DNA of 64,000 bases from a phage: the sequence record PZ379075.1. One strand, 5' to 3'. Position 1 is the stretch's first letter; every line of letters begins with the position of its first letter. Shown here piece after piece: positions 26,390-38,150 of the stretch. The notes below the pieces were generated by a model. It saw nothing but the letters and a program-made list of their open reading frames with translations. It was not told where the DNA came from and ran no database searches. The position numbers were made by a program, and so were the translations under genes.

Positions 26390-26557
26390 ATGGAAGGTAT
26401 TTACCGTAAACCGCCTCCAAAATATAACATCCTTTATACTGATGCAACAGGCGAGTTTAGAAGTGTGTTAGTTTACACGGATGAAGAACGAAACCAAATG
26501 GTTGCTGCTATTGAAGCCAATGGTGGTACAATCATGCGAATTTATAACATAACATAA
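26390..26557 (+). CDS. hypothetical small protein
   Basis: Internal ATG at 26390 preferred over the track start 26363. Confidence 0.35.
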   Translation: MEGIYRKPPPKYNILYTDATGEFRSVLVYTDEERNQMVAAIEANGGTIMRIYNIT

Positions 26558-26566
26558 GGAATATCA

Positions 26567-26743
26567 ATGACTGCTTCTGAATTAAAAGAAACCCTATCCA
26601 CTGAAGAAGGTAAAGCTTTCTTCTTATCTCAAGTACACTCTATGGGTAAAGATGCCCTTCGCCAAGCAGTCGTTGAGCTTACTGGTGTAGTGATTGACTT
26701 GAGTATTGAAAACGAAACACTTGAAGCTAAAGTGAACAGTTAA
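26567..26743 (+). CDS. hypothetical small protein (58 aa)
   Basis: ATG with AAGGA RBS; followed directly by a terminator. Confidence 0.4.
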   Translation: MTASELKETLSTEEGKAFFLSQVHSMGKDALRQAVVELTGVVIDLSIENETLEAKVNS

Positions 26744-26746
26744 ATA

Positions 26747-26776
26747 AGAAGCTGCCTTCGGGCGGCTTTTCTTGTC
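26747..26776 (+). terminator. intrinsic terminator (UUCG-loop hairpin plus U-tract)
   Basis: aagaagctgcc-TTCG-ggcggctttt then cttgtc. Confidence 0.5.
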
Positions 26777-26789
26777 TAAAGGATTTGAC

Positions 26790-27182
26790 ATGAATATTGG
26801 TTTAGATTACGATGACACTTACACCTCAGATAAAAAGCTGTGGCGCTCTGTGGTGGCATTAATGCAAGAAAAGGGCTACGATGTACGCTTTGTAACTTAT
26901 CGCTTTGCAGAGCCTAATGGGTACGATAACCACGACATTAAGATTGATGCAGAGTGTTTGCAGATTCCTATTATCTTTTGTAATGGTGTGCAGAAGGATG
27001 AGGTCTGTCGACAGCTAGGTTTCTTCGTCGATATCTGGATTGACGACTTCCCTGTTGGAATCCCCAAAAAGGACCACCTAGACGGTATGCTGAAGGGCGT
27101 AAGACTTAATGACCTTAGGGCAGCACCTCCTGTAGAAATAGCCGCTCCTGTGTACTCTGAAGAGCCTTTGGTGATTCGATGA
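26790..27182 (+). CDS. possible HAD-superfamily phosphatase (nucleotidase-like)
   Basis: N-terminal IGLDYDDTYT fits the HAD motif I pattern DxDxT; later FVDIWIDD. Weak assignment. Confidence 0.3.
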   Translation: MNIGLDYDDTYTSDKKLWRSVVALMQEKGYDVRFVTYRFAEPNGYDNHDIKIDAECLQIPIIFCNGVQKDEVCRQLGFFVDIWIDDFPVGIPKKDHLDGMLKGVRLNDLRAAPPVEIAAPVYSEEPLVIR

Positions 27183-27346
27183 AGAAATATAGTGTATGGA
27201 TTAACGAGGAAGAAGAAGGTTTTGATGAAGCTGGAGGGTGGGTGAATATCCTAAACACCGACGACATAGAAGAGGCCGAGAAGTGCGCCCTAAACTACAA
27301 CTCTGGGTATTATGAAAGAAATTGGGAATATGAGGAAGAAGTATGA
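27179..27346 (+). CDS. hypothetical small acidic protein (55 aa)
   Basis: ATG overlapping the upstream stop; ATGA overlap with the downstream start. Confidence 0.35.
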   Translation: MKKYSVWINEEEEGFDEAGGWVNILNTDDIEEAEKCALNYNSGYYERNWEYEEEV

Positions 27347-27564
27347 TTTGGGTTCACACTTATAGAATTGGGAAGAAAGGGCTTACTACTATTCACACAT
27401 CTGAAGATAGTGCTAAAGCATCTCAGGCTGTACTGAAAGGAAAGATCACACCTTATGTAGTCGCTGAAGAAAAGAAGAATCCTCCAGTTCTGGAATACTT
27501 AGGAACAGGTAAACCTTACACAGCACTGGATGTTATTAACAACAAACAAGGAGATGTGGCATAA
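27343..27564 (+). CDS. hypothetical protein
   Basis: 73-aa ORF. Confidence 0.45.
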   Translation: MIWVHTYRIGKKGLTTIHTSEDSAKASQAVLKGKITPYVVAEEKKNPPVLEYLGTGKPYTALDVINNKQGDVA

Positions 27565-27566
27565 AA

Positions 27567-27782
27567 ATGGAATACATTGATAAATACTCAAGTGAAGATT
27601 CAACAAACGCTGAAGTTTTATTTATACTAAAAACAGACTGTCTTGAACATGGTCAACTTATCAATTTCATTGAGTTAGCAAAACTTAAAGAAGAGATAGA
27701 TCAACTGTATAGCGATGAGCAGTCTCGTTTGTTATCACTGTCCCTTCTCGGAGATCTTACCTGTGATGGATGTACTATCTAA
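27567..27782 (+). CDS. hypothetical protein
   Basis: 71-aa ORF. Confidence 0.45.
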   Translation: MEYIDKYSSEDSTNAEVLFILKTDCLEHGQLINFIELAKLKEEIDQLYSDEQSRLLSLSLLGDLTCDGCTI

Positions 27783-27942
27783 CTCTGAGAAAAAGAAGAT
27801 CTCAGTATTTAAAGAACCTGTAGTTTATAAAGACTCTATCAGAGATCAATATAATGAGATGTTAAAGAAACAAGCTGATTCTAATCTTCGTTATCAGAGG
27901 ATAATAGAACAAACTAACTTTAAAGGTTTACTTGAATGGTAA

Positions 27943-28358
27943 CTTATATCCTTTACTTTTTAGCTTTCTTAGGAATAATCTTTTTATCTATTATTCTTGA
28001 ATTTGGTTTAAGTAGGTTAGTTAATTATTTAGGTAATAAGTAATTAATATTCTTTTAAATAGAGAATCAAAGTCCCTAGGAGTCCCTACAACCTAAATCA
28101 AGGATTCCTTAATTCTCTATTTTTATCTCGCAGGTGGCTCCTGCCCTTCGGTACTTGCAAGGGATTCTGTGAATTGCCCAATATACAAGCCTGCAATAAC
28201 TTTATCAGCTATACAATATATACATTACTAGTGTGTTATATCTACTACCAAAGATACTTATATTATATAGTACTCTTATCGGTATAAGCGTAATGTATAC
28301 TATACATAACCGCTCAAAGAGAGCAACAATCTTTCAAATTAAATAAGGAAATTAAAAT
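27943..28358 (+). promoter_or_regulatory. AT-rich structured intergenic region (candidate promoter cluster or replication origin)
   Basis: About 415 bp without ORFs; 11-bp inverted repeat aaatagagaat (28057-28067) / attctctattt (28112-28122) flanking a tandem direct repeat agtccctagg/agtccctaca (28071-28090); further short hairpins; AT-rich TATAC-type repeats 28190-28320. Confidence 0.4.
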
Positions 28359-29105
28359 ATGTCTATGATTCCAACTATCGCAACTGCTTCCCGTAAATCC
28401 AACTACGATGTAATCCCTGATGGTGAATACGAAGCACGTATCGTTCGTGTAGTAGGTTTGGGTGTTCACAATCGTGACCCTTGGATTGACCCGAAGACCA
28501 AAGCAGTAACTCCTAAGAATCCGGCTTTCCGTATGGATTTAGCTTTCGAGCTGATTGGTGTTGATGCTACTGGTAAAGATTCCGATGGTAAGGCATTAGA
28601 ACCACGTCCAGCTTGCCAGTTCAAGAGCTATGATGTAAACCCACGAGCTAAGAACTCTGGTATTCTTGATCTTTGCAAAATGATTGACCCAAGTATTCAA
28701 GCACTGAAAGGTGATCTGTCTTGGTTCAAGGATGTTCTGTTAGGTCAGCCTGTTAACATTCTGGTTAACTCTTATACTAACAAATCTGGTGAAGTTAAAA
28801 ACTCCATCAAGACCATTTCTCCAATCCCAACCAAATATCGTGCAGCAGTTGGTGAAGCTCGTAGTCCTCTGGTATTCTTCGAACCGTATGCTGAAACCGA
28901 TGAGAACGTAGCATCCTATCAACTGATGTTCCCGTTCCAGCGCAACCTGCTTACTCAAGCTAATGACGCTAAGAACATGCCTCTGGCTGGTCGTGAAATT
29001 ACTCGTGCTTCTGAAACAGAGCAGAAAGAAGCTACTCCTTCAATCCCTACGATTGATAAAGAGCCTGCTTCTACTTACGAAGACGACAACGATAGCCCAT
29101 TCTAA
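28359..29105 (+). CDS. putative single-stranded DNA-binding protein (acidic C-terminal tail)
   Basis: 248 aa, isolated between a long AT-rich upstream region and a strong terminator; C-terminus TYEDDNDSPF resembles the acidic, aromatic-terminated tails of bacterial and T7-type SSBs. Inference from the tail and context only. Confidence 0.4.
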   Translation: MSMIPTIATASRKSNYDVIPDGEYEARIVRVVGLGVHNRDPWIDPKTKAVTPKNPAFRMDLAFELIGVDATGKDSDGKALEPRPACQFKSYDVNPRAKNSGILDLCKMIDPSIQALKGDLSWFKDVLLGQPVNILVNSYTNKSGEVKNSIKTISPIPTKYRAAVGEARSPLVFFEPYAETDENVASYQLMFPFQRNLLTQANDAKNMPLAGREITRASETEQKEATPSIPTIDKEPASTYEDDNDSPF

Positions 29106-29126
29106 TAACTCTCCTTGTTATAGCTT

Positions 29127-29150
29127 AGCCACCTCCGGGTGGCTTTTTTC
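29127..29150 (+). terminator. intrinsic terminator
   Basis: agccacc-TCCG-ggtggct followed by TTTTTT. Confidence 0.6.
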
Positions 29151-29162
29151 GTTGGAGACAAC

Positions 29163-29513
29163 ATGCAAAACACATTAAGTGATAACTTAGGGTTTATCGT
29201 TTTCTCAGCTCTTGTATTCTTTGGTGGTATGAAGTTTAACGAATATCAAACAGACAGCAGTAATCTGGACAAAGAGAAGCACCAGCAAGAGTTAGAGATT
29301 GAAAGAAGTAGAGCAGCTGATGAAGTTGCTCAGAGAGTTCTTACCGGTTTATCTAACTGGAAGAAGAACACGGAAACCGTTTATAAAGAGATGCATTATG
29401 AGAAAACTAAACCAGTTTTTTATAATGTCTGCGCTAGTGATGAGTATGTCAGCTTGTTCAACGAGCGACAACAGCAGGCAATCAATGCCCTTACCAACAA
29501 ACCTAAAAGCTGA
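29163..29513 (+). CDS. putative i-spanin (Rz-like)
   Basis: N-terminal transmembrane helix (LGFIVFSALVFFGG) followed by a charged coiled-coil-like domain; contains the start of an out-of-frame lipoprotein gene. Confidence 0.45.
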   Translation: MQNTLSDNLGFIVFSALVFFGGMKFNEYQTDSSNLDKEKHQQELEIERSRAADEVAQRVLTGLSNWKKNTETVYKEMHYEKTKPVFYNVCASDEYVSLFNERQQQAINALTNKPKS

Positions 29514-29657
29514 ATGTAGGGTTGACCTGCCTCTTTTAGAAAGTGCTCAAGGAAAAGCATTAGCCACTACGTTGGAGTGGTATCAGGACCAGTACACAGA
29601 ATGTGCTGCCAATCACAATGGATTGTTAGAAGCTCTGAAAGAGCGTGGAATAGAATA

Positions 29658-29658
<1 letters not shown>
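29398..29658 (+). CDS. putative o-spanin (Rz1-like lipoprotein), overlapped with the i-spanin gene
   Basis: Starts inside 29163-29513 in another frame and extends beyond it; signal peptide plus lipobox-like MSAC then Pro-containing mature region. Confidence 0.45.
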
Positions 29659-31144
<1,486 letters not shown>

Positions 31145-31154
<10 letters not shown>

Positions 31155-31681
31155 ATAAGTTTAACCTTATGGAAGAAGAGATTGCTGATCTGTGTCACAA
31201 ATTAAGAGATAAGACCAGAACGATTTCTATGTTACGTGCAGTTATTGATAGCTATCGTAAATCTGTTGAAGAAATCTCTTCGTGTTCTGCTGATACAGAA
31301 ATTCGGTATGCAATGAAAAGGTTGATAGTAAAGCCGCCAGTAGGTGAAGAGTATCCAATTTATTCCTCTGTTCCTGTAGTCAGTTTTAAGCCTACAACTG
31401 AACAAACCAGCAAAAGAAGTCCAGCTTTAGACACTATGGTTGGGGGTGCACACTATAACCCTGAATCTAAAATCATTCAGCCTGTTGAGTTTTACCATGC
31501 AAACCCTCAGTTGAACTTCCAACAAACCAATATGATCAAATACGCTTATCGACACAAAGATAAGAATAAGGTTCAGGATTTGTTGAAGGTTGTTCACTAC
31601 GCCCTTCTTGAGTGTGGGTTTGAATACCCTGAAGAGTATGATAACTTCCGCAATGAAATCCGTAAGCTGTTAGGAGAATAA
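31145..31681 (+). CDS. hypothetical protein
   Basis: 178-aa ORF. Confidence 0.5.
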
Positions 31682-31682
31682 T

Positions 31683-32501
31683 ATGGAAGACGTTAAGCTC
31701 CCTGAGGTAGCTATAGTGGATGCTGACGTTCTTCGATATGAAGTGGGTGCTCTTACTCAGGAGCATCCCTTTCTTGACACAGGACGTGTTCCAGTTGATT
31801 ATAATTTCATGATTGAACGACTTCAGTACAAGATTGATACAATTATAGCTCGCTCAGGATGTAGTAAGGTTGTGTTCTACTTCAGCGAAGGTGGTAATTT
31901 CCGTTTCGATGTTGCTAAGCAGCAAGATTACAAAGCAAATAGACCTCCCGGAGAAAGACCTTTTCACTGGCAAAACGTTGGTGATTATATTAAAGGTAAG
32001 TATGAATACATAGATGTATTTGGGAGAGAGGCTGATGATGCACTAGCTGAAAGGCAACGTAGAGATAAGAATACTATCATCTGTACTAGAGACAAGGATT
32101 TGTTGATAACTCCCGGATGGCATTATCGTTGGGCTTGTGGAGAAAGACAGAAAGAGGTTCCTCCTCACTACGTATCTGATTTAGTTTCATGGCAAAATTT
32201 CTTCTATCAGATGCTGGTTGGAGATGGTACAGATAATATCCCCGGATGTGGAGAACGTAAAGAAGTTATGTGGGGTGGTAAGCTCCAGCTTCGACGTCAA
32301 GGAATAGGGAAGAAAGCAGCAGCTAAACTATTGGCTGGTGTTACAGATAAGTGGACCATGTATCATATAGTACGAATGGAATATTATAAGAAGTTCGATA
32401 CTGAAGATGAAGAGAAGATGCTTGAGAATGCTCGGCTGCTCTTTGTTGGTCAGACTCCGGAAGACCTGTTCGACTGGACATGGTTAGATAAATCTTGGTA
32501 A
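31683..32501 (+). CDS. 5'-3' exonuclease / flap endonuclease (FEN family)
   Basis: YKANRPP, EADDAL, TRDKDLL and GIGKKAAAKLL motifs match the PolI 5'-nuclease / T4 RNase H family. Confidence 0.7.
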   Translation: MEDVKLPEVAIVDADVLRYEVGALTQEHPFLDTGRVPVDYNFMIERLQYKIDTIIARSGCSKVVFYFSEGGNFRFDVAKQQDYKANRPPGERPFHWQNVGDYIKGKYEYIDVFGREADDALAERQRRDKNTIICTRDKDLLITPGWHYRWACGERQKEVPPHYVSDLVSWQNFFYQMLVGDGTDNIPGCGERKEVMWGGKLQLRRQGIGKKAAAKLLAGVTDKWTMYHIVRMEYYKKFDTEDEEKMLENARLLFVGQTPEDLFDWTWLDKSW

Positions 32502-32513
32502 TAAGGATATTAT

Positions 32514-32693
32514 AATGGGTAAATTTGATTATCGTTCATATGATGAAAACTCCTCCAACCGTGAATCTCGTAAAGACCAAAAGATTAAACATCAACTGTT
32601 TGATCAGAGAACTGGTCGTATTCCTCGTGAGGGTAAGGTGAGTCATCGTGTAAACAAACGAGTTTGGGAAGAAGCTGATTATGGCGAAGTCTG
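32514..32693 (+). CDS. possible small ORF (59 aa)
   Basis: ATG-initiated, basic; overlaps the start of the HNH gene. Confidence 0.3.
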
Positions 32694-33082
32694 AGAAGAC
32701 TCGCTGTAGTGGAATGTGGACTGAAGCTCGTTACAACTCTTTCATCAAGTCAGGGATTCGTTCTCTGACTAGAAAGTGGAAGCCTATGTTCGATGCACTA
32801 GCAGACGCCAAGACAGAGCAGAAGATTAATCCAAAGACAGGAAGACTGGCAATGCACTTTAAGTGTGCCATGTGTGGTTCTGACCACCCTGTAAAGGATA
32901 TGGCTATTGACCACATAGAGCCTATAGTTCCCTTAGATCATGAAGCAACTTGGGATGAAATCATCTCTCGTGCTCTGTGTGAGAAAGAAGGTTTTCAGGT
33001 TCTGTGTAAAGACCCTTGTCATAAGATTAAAACAAAAGAAGAGAATGATGCAAGAAAACAATTCAAAAAAGGAAATGAGTGA
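32681..33082 (+). CDS. HNH endonuclease
   Basis: CAMCG...AIDHIEPI...LCKDPCH: Cys4 zinc site plus HNH catalytic motif. Confidence 0.6.
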   Translation: MAKSEKTRCSGMWTEARYNSFIKSGIRSLTRKWKPMFDALADAKTEQKINPKTGRLAMHFKCAMCGSDHPVKDMAIDHIEPIVPLDHEATWDEIISRALCEKEGFQVLCKDPCHKIKTKEENDARKQFKKGNE

Positions 33083-33302
33083 TGATCAAAAATCTACGCA
33101 ACAAGTGCTTCGCTTTCGCTATCGCAATTGGAGAGGCGAGGTTGCTGACCGGTCCGTTATTCCACTCCGAACCTCCGTTGCTAGCTCCCGTTTTCATAAC
33201 GGTGGCAAACCTTGTTGGATTATGACAGCAATTGATGTAGAGAAAGATGAGATTCGAGAGTTCAAACTCTCTGACATTATTCAGTATTACGATTTAATCT
33301 AG
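33075..33302 (+). CDS. hypothetical protein
   Basis: 75 aa from the ATG at 33075, preferred over the track start 32940. Confidence 0.4.
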   Translation: MSDDQKSTQQVLRFRYRNWRGEVADRSVIPLRTSVASSRFHNGGKPCWIMTAIDVEKDEIREFKLSDIIQYYDLI

Positions 33303-33310
33303 GAACTGAC

Positions 33311-33472
33311 ATGATCACACAATCAGATAAAAATAAACTCTTCGACTTAATCCACGACCTATTAGAAGCTCAGAGCTTTATCGACAATGCCGATACTTGG
33401 GAGATGGAAGCAGCTGGAAAAGCTTTTGATGAAAGTGAAGAGAAACTTACTAATTTTATAAACACAATCTAG
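33311..33472 (+). CDS. possible small ORF (53 aa)
   Basis: ATG-initiated, acidic; last + strand ORF before the convergent terminator. Confidence 0.3.
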   Translation: MITQSDKNKLFDLIHDLLEAQSFIDNADTWEMEAAGKAFDESEEKLTNFINTI

Positions 33473-33627
33473 GGGGGTTATATGAATGAAGAAGTTGTTA
33501 TTCTTGGAAGTAAATCAGATTGGTTCTACGGAGGCATCTCAGGGTGCTTTGAAGATGAACGTCCAGACCTCTGAAGAAAATTGGGATGTATGACGAATTT
33601 GATGGTTTTTAAAACTTAGAAACAAAC

Positions 33628-33660
33628 AAAGCCCCTTCCTTTCGGTTGGGGCTTTTCTTT
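33628..33660. terminator. bidirectional intrinsic terminator at the convergence point of the two modules
   Basis: aaagcccc-ttcctttcggtt-ggggcttt with an A-run on the 5' side and TTTTCTTTTAT on the 3' side; sits between the last + ORF and the stop (33663) of the 1298-aa - strand gene. Confidence 0.6.
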
Positions 33661-33662
33661 TA

Positions 33663-36600
33663 TCACTCCTTAGGTCGAACTCTTACACGGAGTCTCGATT
33701 GACGCTTACTGCGTTCAAGCTTCTCTGACAATGAGCCACGTTTAATCTTCGGCTTCCCTTCGTCATTAAACTTCTCCAAGAACTGCAAGTACTCAGTACG
33801 ATTCGTTGTCTTGTAAGAAGGAATCTTAATATCAGGGTTCTCTTCAATTACACGTCTCATCTTCGCTACATCATCCCTACCAAGCAACTTACTCTTAGCC
33901 TGTTCAGCTGTAGAACCAAAGATCTTCTCCAGTGCTCTGGATTTGTTACCACCTGCGGAAGAAGCACCAAGTTTAGCAATGGCAGAGTAATCATCAGCAC
34001 TAAACCAAGCTACCGGATTATCACCATACTTCTTCTTGTTTTCAGCAGCAGTCTGCAATGCACGTACAAAGCGACGGTTGTTACCAGCCTTATCTGCACC
34101 ATGAACCCTGTCTAAAACTTCAGCCACACTAGCCAACTCATCCAAGCTCTTCCCACTCAAGAAAGCTTTCTCTACTTTATCAGCAAAAACCTCTTCCTGT
34201 TGTTTAATGCTTTCCAAGATATCAGAATTTGCTTGAGATCTTTCATCATCAGGCAGAGCAGAACGAATCTTCTCCATCTCCAACTCTTCCTCTTGCAGTT
34301 TCTTAATATCAGAGTCAACCTTCTGAGCCTCCTCAATAGCCTTCCTAGTATCCGCATCCAAGTTATCAAGTTTACCTTCAGTATCTCCAGTAACCTTAAC
34401 AATCTCTTTCTCGATAGGAGTCATTGATTCGTACTTCTTAGCGAACTTCTCAACATCAGCCTCAATACGAGAGCGAGCATTCTGATGTTCAGTTGGAGTC
34501 ATAGGCTTCTCGAGAAGTGCATAACGGTTATCCATATAGGAACCAGCAAACGCTTCAGCATCCTCTCTAGATATGCCCTTATCTTCCATAGTACGCATCA
34601 GGCGGCGATGAATATCATCACGTTGACGTTGTACTGCCATAAGATCATTCTCACGCTCTTGGGCCGCTTTAAGCTCTTCACTGCGCTTAACTCTCTTGTC
34701 CACATCAAACTTGCGGTTCATCTCTTCCGCTTGCTCATACATCTTGTTCCACTTAGCCTGACGAGCATCTTCCTCTGCATCAGTTAAACGACGCTGACGA
34801 TCAAGGTAGTCTGACTCGGCGTTATGGATACGTTCAATGTAACTACGGAACTTCTCTGGAGGAACTGGAGAGTTCTTATCGTGGTGAGCAGCCAACTGTT
34901 TCAGTGTACGAGATTCCTGAGCCTCACGAACAGGTTTAGGTAAACCTTCCATCATCTTCTCAATCTCACTCTTCTGAGCTGCAATAGCCTCTAGAGTTTT
35001 ACGTTCATTCTCAACAGCAGCTTTAGCATCCGAACGAGCCTGAGCCTTTTTCCTGAGTGTAGCAAGACGTTCTTCACGAGCCTGTAAATGCTTAGCAGCA
35101 GCTTCGTACTGAGAGTTCTTGTTAGCTTTGTTGAAGGCATTCACTTCTCTGTTATAGGTGTTAATAAACCCATCCCAAATATCCTTCATCTGACCAACTT
35201 CCAAAGCCTCTTCCCTACCAGCCTTCTCTGAAGATTTAAACTTTCCATCTACAAAGTCATTCATCAATTTACGCATAGCGTCTTTCTGAGCAGGACGTAA
35301 AGGTTCTGCATCAATCAAAGTATCAATCTCAGACTGAAGCTCTTTCTTCTGGTCAACCAGCTTAGGAGCATTCTTGTTATCGAAAGCTTTATTCTCTTCT
35401 AGAGCTTGTTGGTACAGTCTATCAAACTCATCTTCACGCTGCTTCTGATACAACCTTTCAGCACGACGTTTCAGACTATCCAAGTTAGTTACGTTCCCAC
35501 CTAAACCTTTCTCTTCAGCACGTAATGCCTTAGTAGCAATGTCTTCTGGCAGACCACGTTCTTTAACCCATTCAGCAAAGTTAGTTCGTACAGTGTTGTT
35601 CTTAGCAGTAGCAATACCTTGCTGAGAAGCCAGCTGGTTACGAGCCATTTCTTCATGACGTTCAGTGTTGATAGCATTATCTTCCTGACGAATACGACGC
35701 ATCAGTTCCTTAGGATCACCTTTATAGGCCAAGAAGTTTTCAGCAGTAGCTTTAGCTTTAGCAGCCTTAGAGTACAGAGAACGAGCAAAACGTTCTGCAC
35801 GATCTTTAGTAGCCTGACGAGCAGCACTAGACATAGCAGCTAAACGTTCTACACCACTTGCCGGTTTAACGTCCTGTACAGCTTCCTTAGGAGCTTTAGG
35901 AGCACGAGCAGGTAATGGCTCAGCTTTGACTGTTGGTTCCTCTACGGTTGGTTCTGGAGCCTGTGCGGCCTCTTCTTGAGCACGTTGCTGTTCCATTGCA
36001 CGACGCTCCTCTAGAGGGTTACGAGCAGGGAGAGGTTCAGCCTGTGGAGTTTGTTCGACCGGAGCTTCTTGAGCAGCCAATGCCTCTTCTTCAGCGCGAC
36101 GCTGTTCAGCCTGACGGATAGCGCGTCTTTGCGCAACTAAATCACGAGCTGTAAGAGGAGTTTCTTGAGGAGCAGAAGAAGGAAGATTTTCTTCCGTCAC
36201 AGTACTAGAAGAAGGCTCCCGAACCGGTTCGGTTTCCACGTCATTTTGCGTCTTAAATTTAATGTCATCAACAACTGGTTCTTCTTCCATTTTAGCACGA
36301 GCTTCATCAGCAGTAGATTTAGCACGAGCAACTTCCAAATCACCACGAGCAAGAGAGCGGATAGCTTCGCTGTTAGATTCTTGTTGCTTAACACGTTGAG
36401 AGCGAGCACGCTGAGAAGAGAAGCGATTCAGAGCATACTTAGCAGCACCAAGAGTGTTCATTACCAGACTAGGTGAAGAAGCCTCACGGAATCCATCATC
36501 AGTCAGGGAAGTCCAACCACGGTCTTGATTGCTCATGAACTTAGCTGTATTGTTCAGAGTGTAAGCATCTTGAATAGGATTAAAACCTTCAGGCATACCT

Positions 36601-37559
36601 TTCAGTTTCTTCAACCCACCAATAGCTTTCTTCATCTCTGGAGAAACATTATCAGCCATCTTCTGTAGTTCAGCAGCTTTCTCTACAAAGTTGTTAAAGT
36701 CTTCACCATCACGAGCTTTGAATCGATTTGCTTCATTATAGAAAGTCTTGTAAGCATCAATGAAGTCACGGTCGGCTTGTGTACGATTCTTAATATCAAT
36801 CGGACTACCAGTAAAATCACCAGAAGCTCGGAGAGAGGTTAATTCACGGTCTAGATTATCTAGAACATCTGTAAGAGCTTTCGTGTTGTCTTTGGTGTAG
36901 TCAGCCATTGCATCCTTCATAGCAACAGCCTGCTTCTGGTTGTGCTCGTTATCAGCGAATGCTTTACCACGAGTCTTAGCAGGAGAAGCTAAAGGGTTGA
37001 GGCCCGGAATGTTGGAATGTTCTTTCTGAACGGAAGCAGCTTTCTCAGCACGAGCTTGGTCAGTATTAAGAATACGCTGAGCGGCAGGAGAATCTACAGC
37101 AACAGCATCTGTAATACGGAATCCATTCTCATCCAGAAGGTTCAGAGCAGAAGCAGCGTTAGCAGTTTCAGCTTTAGAGTAAGCTTCTTTCAATTCATCA
37201 ATATTCTTAGCACTACGAATCAGTTCATCATCAGCAGCAATATCGGTCTTCGCATACTCTGGAGTGTTCTTGAAGACAGCAGAATCCGGACGGCTAATCA
37301 AACCATGAACCCCACCAACTGCACCACCGAATGCAGCACCCATAGCACCTTCTTCGATAGCACCCTCTAATACATTAGCAAAGGTTGTATCATCTCCATG
37401 CTTGTTCTGAGCTTCAGCAGCACCTACAAGAGCACCACCTTTAGCACCAGCCACTGCGTTAGTAGCAACGTTCTGACCAATACGTCCAAGTGTGGACTCA
37501 GCTGTACCAACAGCGCCCGGAAGGATTCTCTGAGCCGCATAGTTAGCACCACCAACCAA
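33663..37559 (-). CDS. large virion-associated protein (putative ejection/internal protein or tape-measure-like)
   Basis: 1298 aa; Gly/Ala-rich hydrophobic N-terminus, long highly charged coiled-coil-like body with EPLPAR repeats; last gene of the structural operon. Confidence 0.55.
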   Translation of the reverse strand: MVGGANYAAQRILPGAVGTAESTLGRIGQNVATNAVAGAKGGALVGAAEAQNKHGDDTTFANVLEGAIEEGAMGAAFGGAVGGVHGLISRPDSAVFKNTPEYAKTDIAADDELIRSAKNIDELKEAYSKAETANAASALNLLDENGFRITDAVAVDSPAAQRILNTDQARAEKAASVQKEHSNIPGLNPLASPAKTRGKAFADNEHNQKQAVAMKDAMADYTKDNTKALTDVLDNLDRELTSLRASGDFTGSPIDIKNRTQADRDFIDAYKTFYNEANRFKARDGEDFNNFVEKAAELQKMADNVSPEMKKAIGGLKKLKGMPEGFNPIQDAYTLNNTAKFMSNQDRGWTSLTDDGFREASSPSLVMNTLGAAKYALNRFSSQRARSQRVKQQESNSEAIRSLARGDLEVARAKSTADEARAKMEEEPVVDDIKFKTQNDVETEPVREPSSSTVTEENLPSSAPQETPLTARDLVAQRRAIRQAEQRRAEEEALAAQEAPVEQTPQAEPLPARNPLEERRAMEQQRAQEEAAQAPEPTVEEPTVKAEPLPARAPKAPKEAVQDVKPASGVERLAAMSSAARQATKDRAERFARSLYSKAAKAKATAENFLAYKGDPKELMRRIRQEDNAINTERHEEMARNQLASQQGIATAKNNTVRTNFAEWVKERGLPEDIATKALRAEEKGLGGNVTNLDSLKRRAERLYQKQREDEFDRLYQQALEENKAFDNKNAPKLVDQKKELQSEIDTLIDAEPLRPAQKDAMRKLMNDFVDGKFKSSEKAGREEALEVGQMKDIWDGFINTYNREVNAFNKANKNSQYEAAAKHLQAREERLATLRKKAQARSDAKAAVENERKTLEAIAAQKSEIEKMMEGLPKPVREAQESRTLKQLAAHHDKNSPVPPEKFRSYIERIHNAESDYLDRQRRLTDAEEDARQAKWNKMYEQAEEMNRKFDVDKRVKRSEELKAAQERENDLMAVQRQRDDIHRRLMRTMEDKGISREDAEAFAGSYMDNRYALLEKPMTPTEHQNARSRIEADVEKFAKKYESMTPIEKEIVKVTGDTEGKLDNLDADTRKAIEEAQKVDSDIKKLQEEELEMEKIRSALPDDERSQANSDILESIKQQEEVFADKVEKAFLSGKSLDELASVAEVLDRVHGADKAGNNRRFVRALQTAAENKKKYGDNPVAWFSADDYSAIAKLGASSAGGNKSRALEKIFGSTAEQAKSKLLGRDDVAKMRRVIEENPDIKIPSYKTTNRTEYLQFLEKFNDEGKPKIKRGSLSEKLERSKRQSRLRVRVRPKE

Positions 37560-37567
37560 GGCTGCAT

Positions 37568-38083
37568 CTAGAATAGATTTATCTTCCCCTCTTCAGGGGT
37601 TTGGTCTGCATATGCACGACCTGTCTCACGACCTGCGATGATAGCAGCAGCAGCCAATGGGTTAGCAACAGTCATACCAATATCACCAGCAACGCCAGCA
37701 TACTGACCTACAGTTTTACCAATCCCATCCTCAATCTTATCCATACGTTCTTTCAGAAGATTCTGAGAGTTCTCTTGGATACGCTTACCATAACTAGTTT
37801 GTGCTCCAGCTAGATTCTCACCAATCTCAACTAAACCACCAATACCTTTAGCAGCACTAGCTGCAATATTTGCACCACCAGATTGAAGAGCATTTGACAC
37901 ACCTTGAGCAAACTCACCTATAGCACCACGTTCTTCTTGTTGTGGTTGTGCTACTGGCTGTTCCTCAGGAATAGAGCCACCTGCTGCCTTATATTGTTCT
38001 CTCATTTGAGCTTGTTGCTCCGGAGAGGCATTCAGATACGCAGGAGCTTTGGAAGCTTCTTCCCACGGTTTAATGTTAGCCAT
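37568..38083 (-). CDS. hypothetical virion protein (Gly/Ala-rich)
   Basis: Start moved to the internal ATG at 38083, preceded by AAGGAG; glycine-zipper-like segments. Confidence 0.5.
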   Translation of the reverse strand: MANIKPWEEASKAPAYLNASPEQQAQMREQYKAAGGSIPEEQPVAQPQQEERGAIGEFAQGVSNALQSGGANIAASAAKGIGGLVEIGENLAGAQTSYGKRIQENSQNLLKERMDKIEDGIGKTVGQYAGVAGDIGMTVANPLAAAAIIAGRETGRAYADQTPEEGKINLF

Positions 38084-38150
38084 AACGTCTCCTTTTATAA
38101 ATAAAAATGTCCTACCCCCTATATACATTATAGAAGGCAGGACTTAGGTC

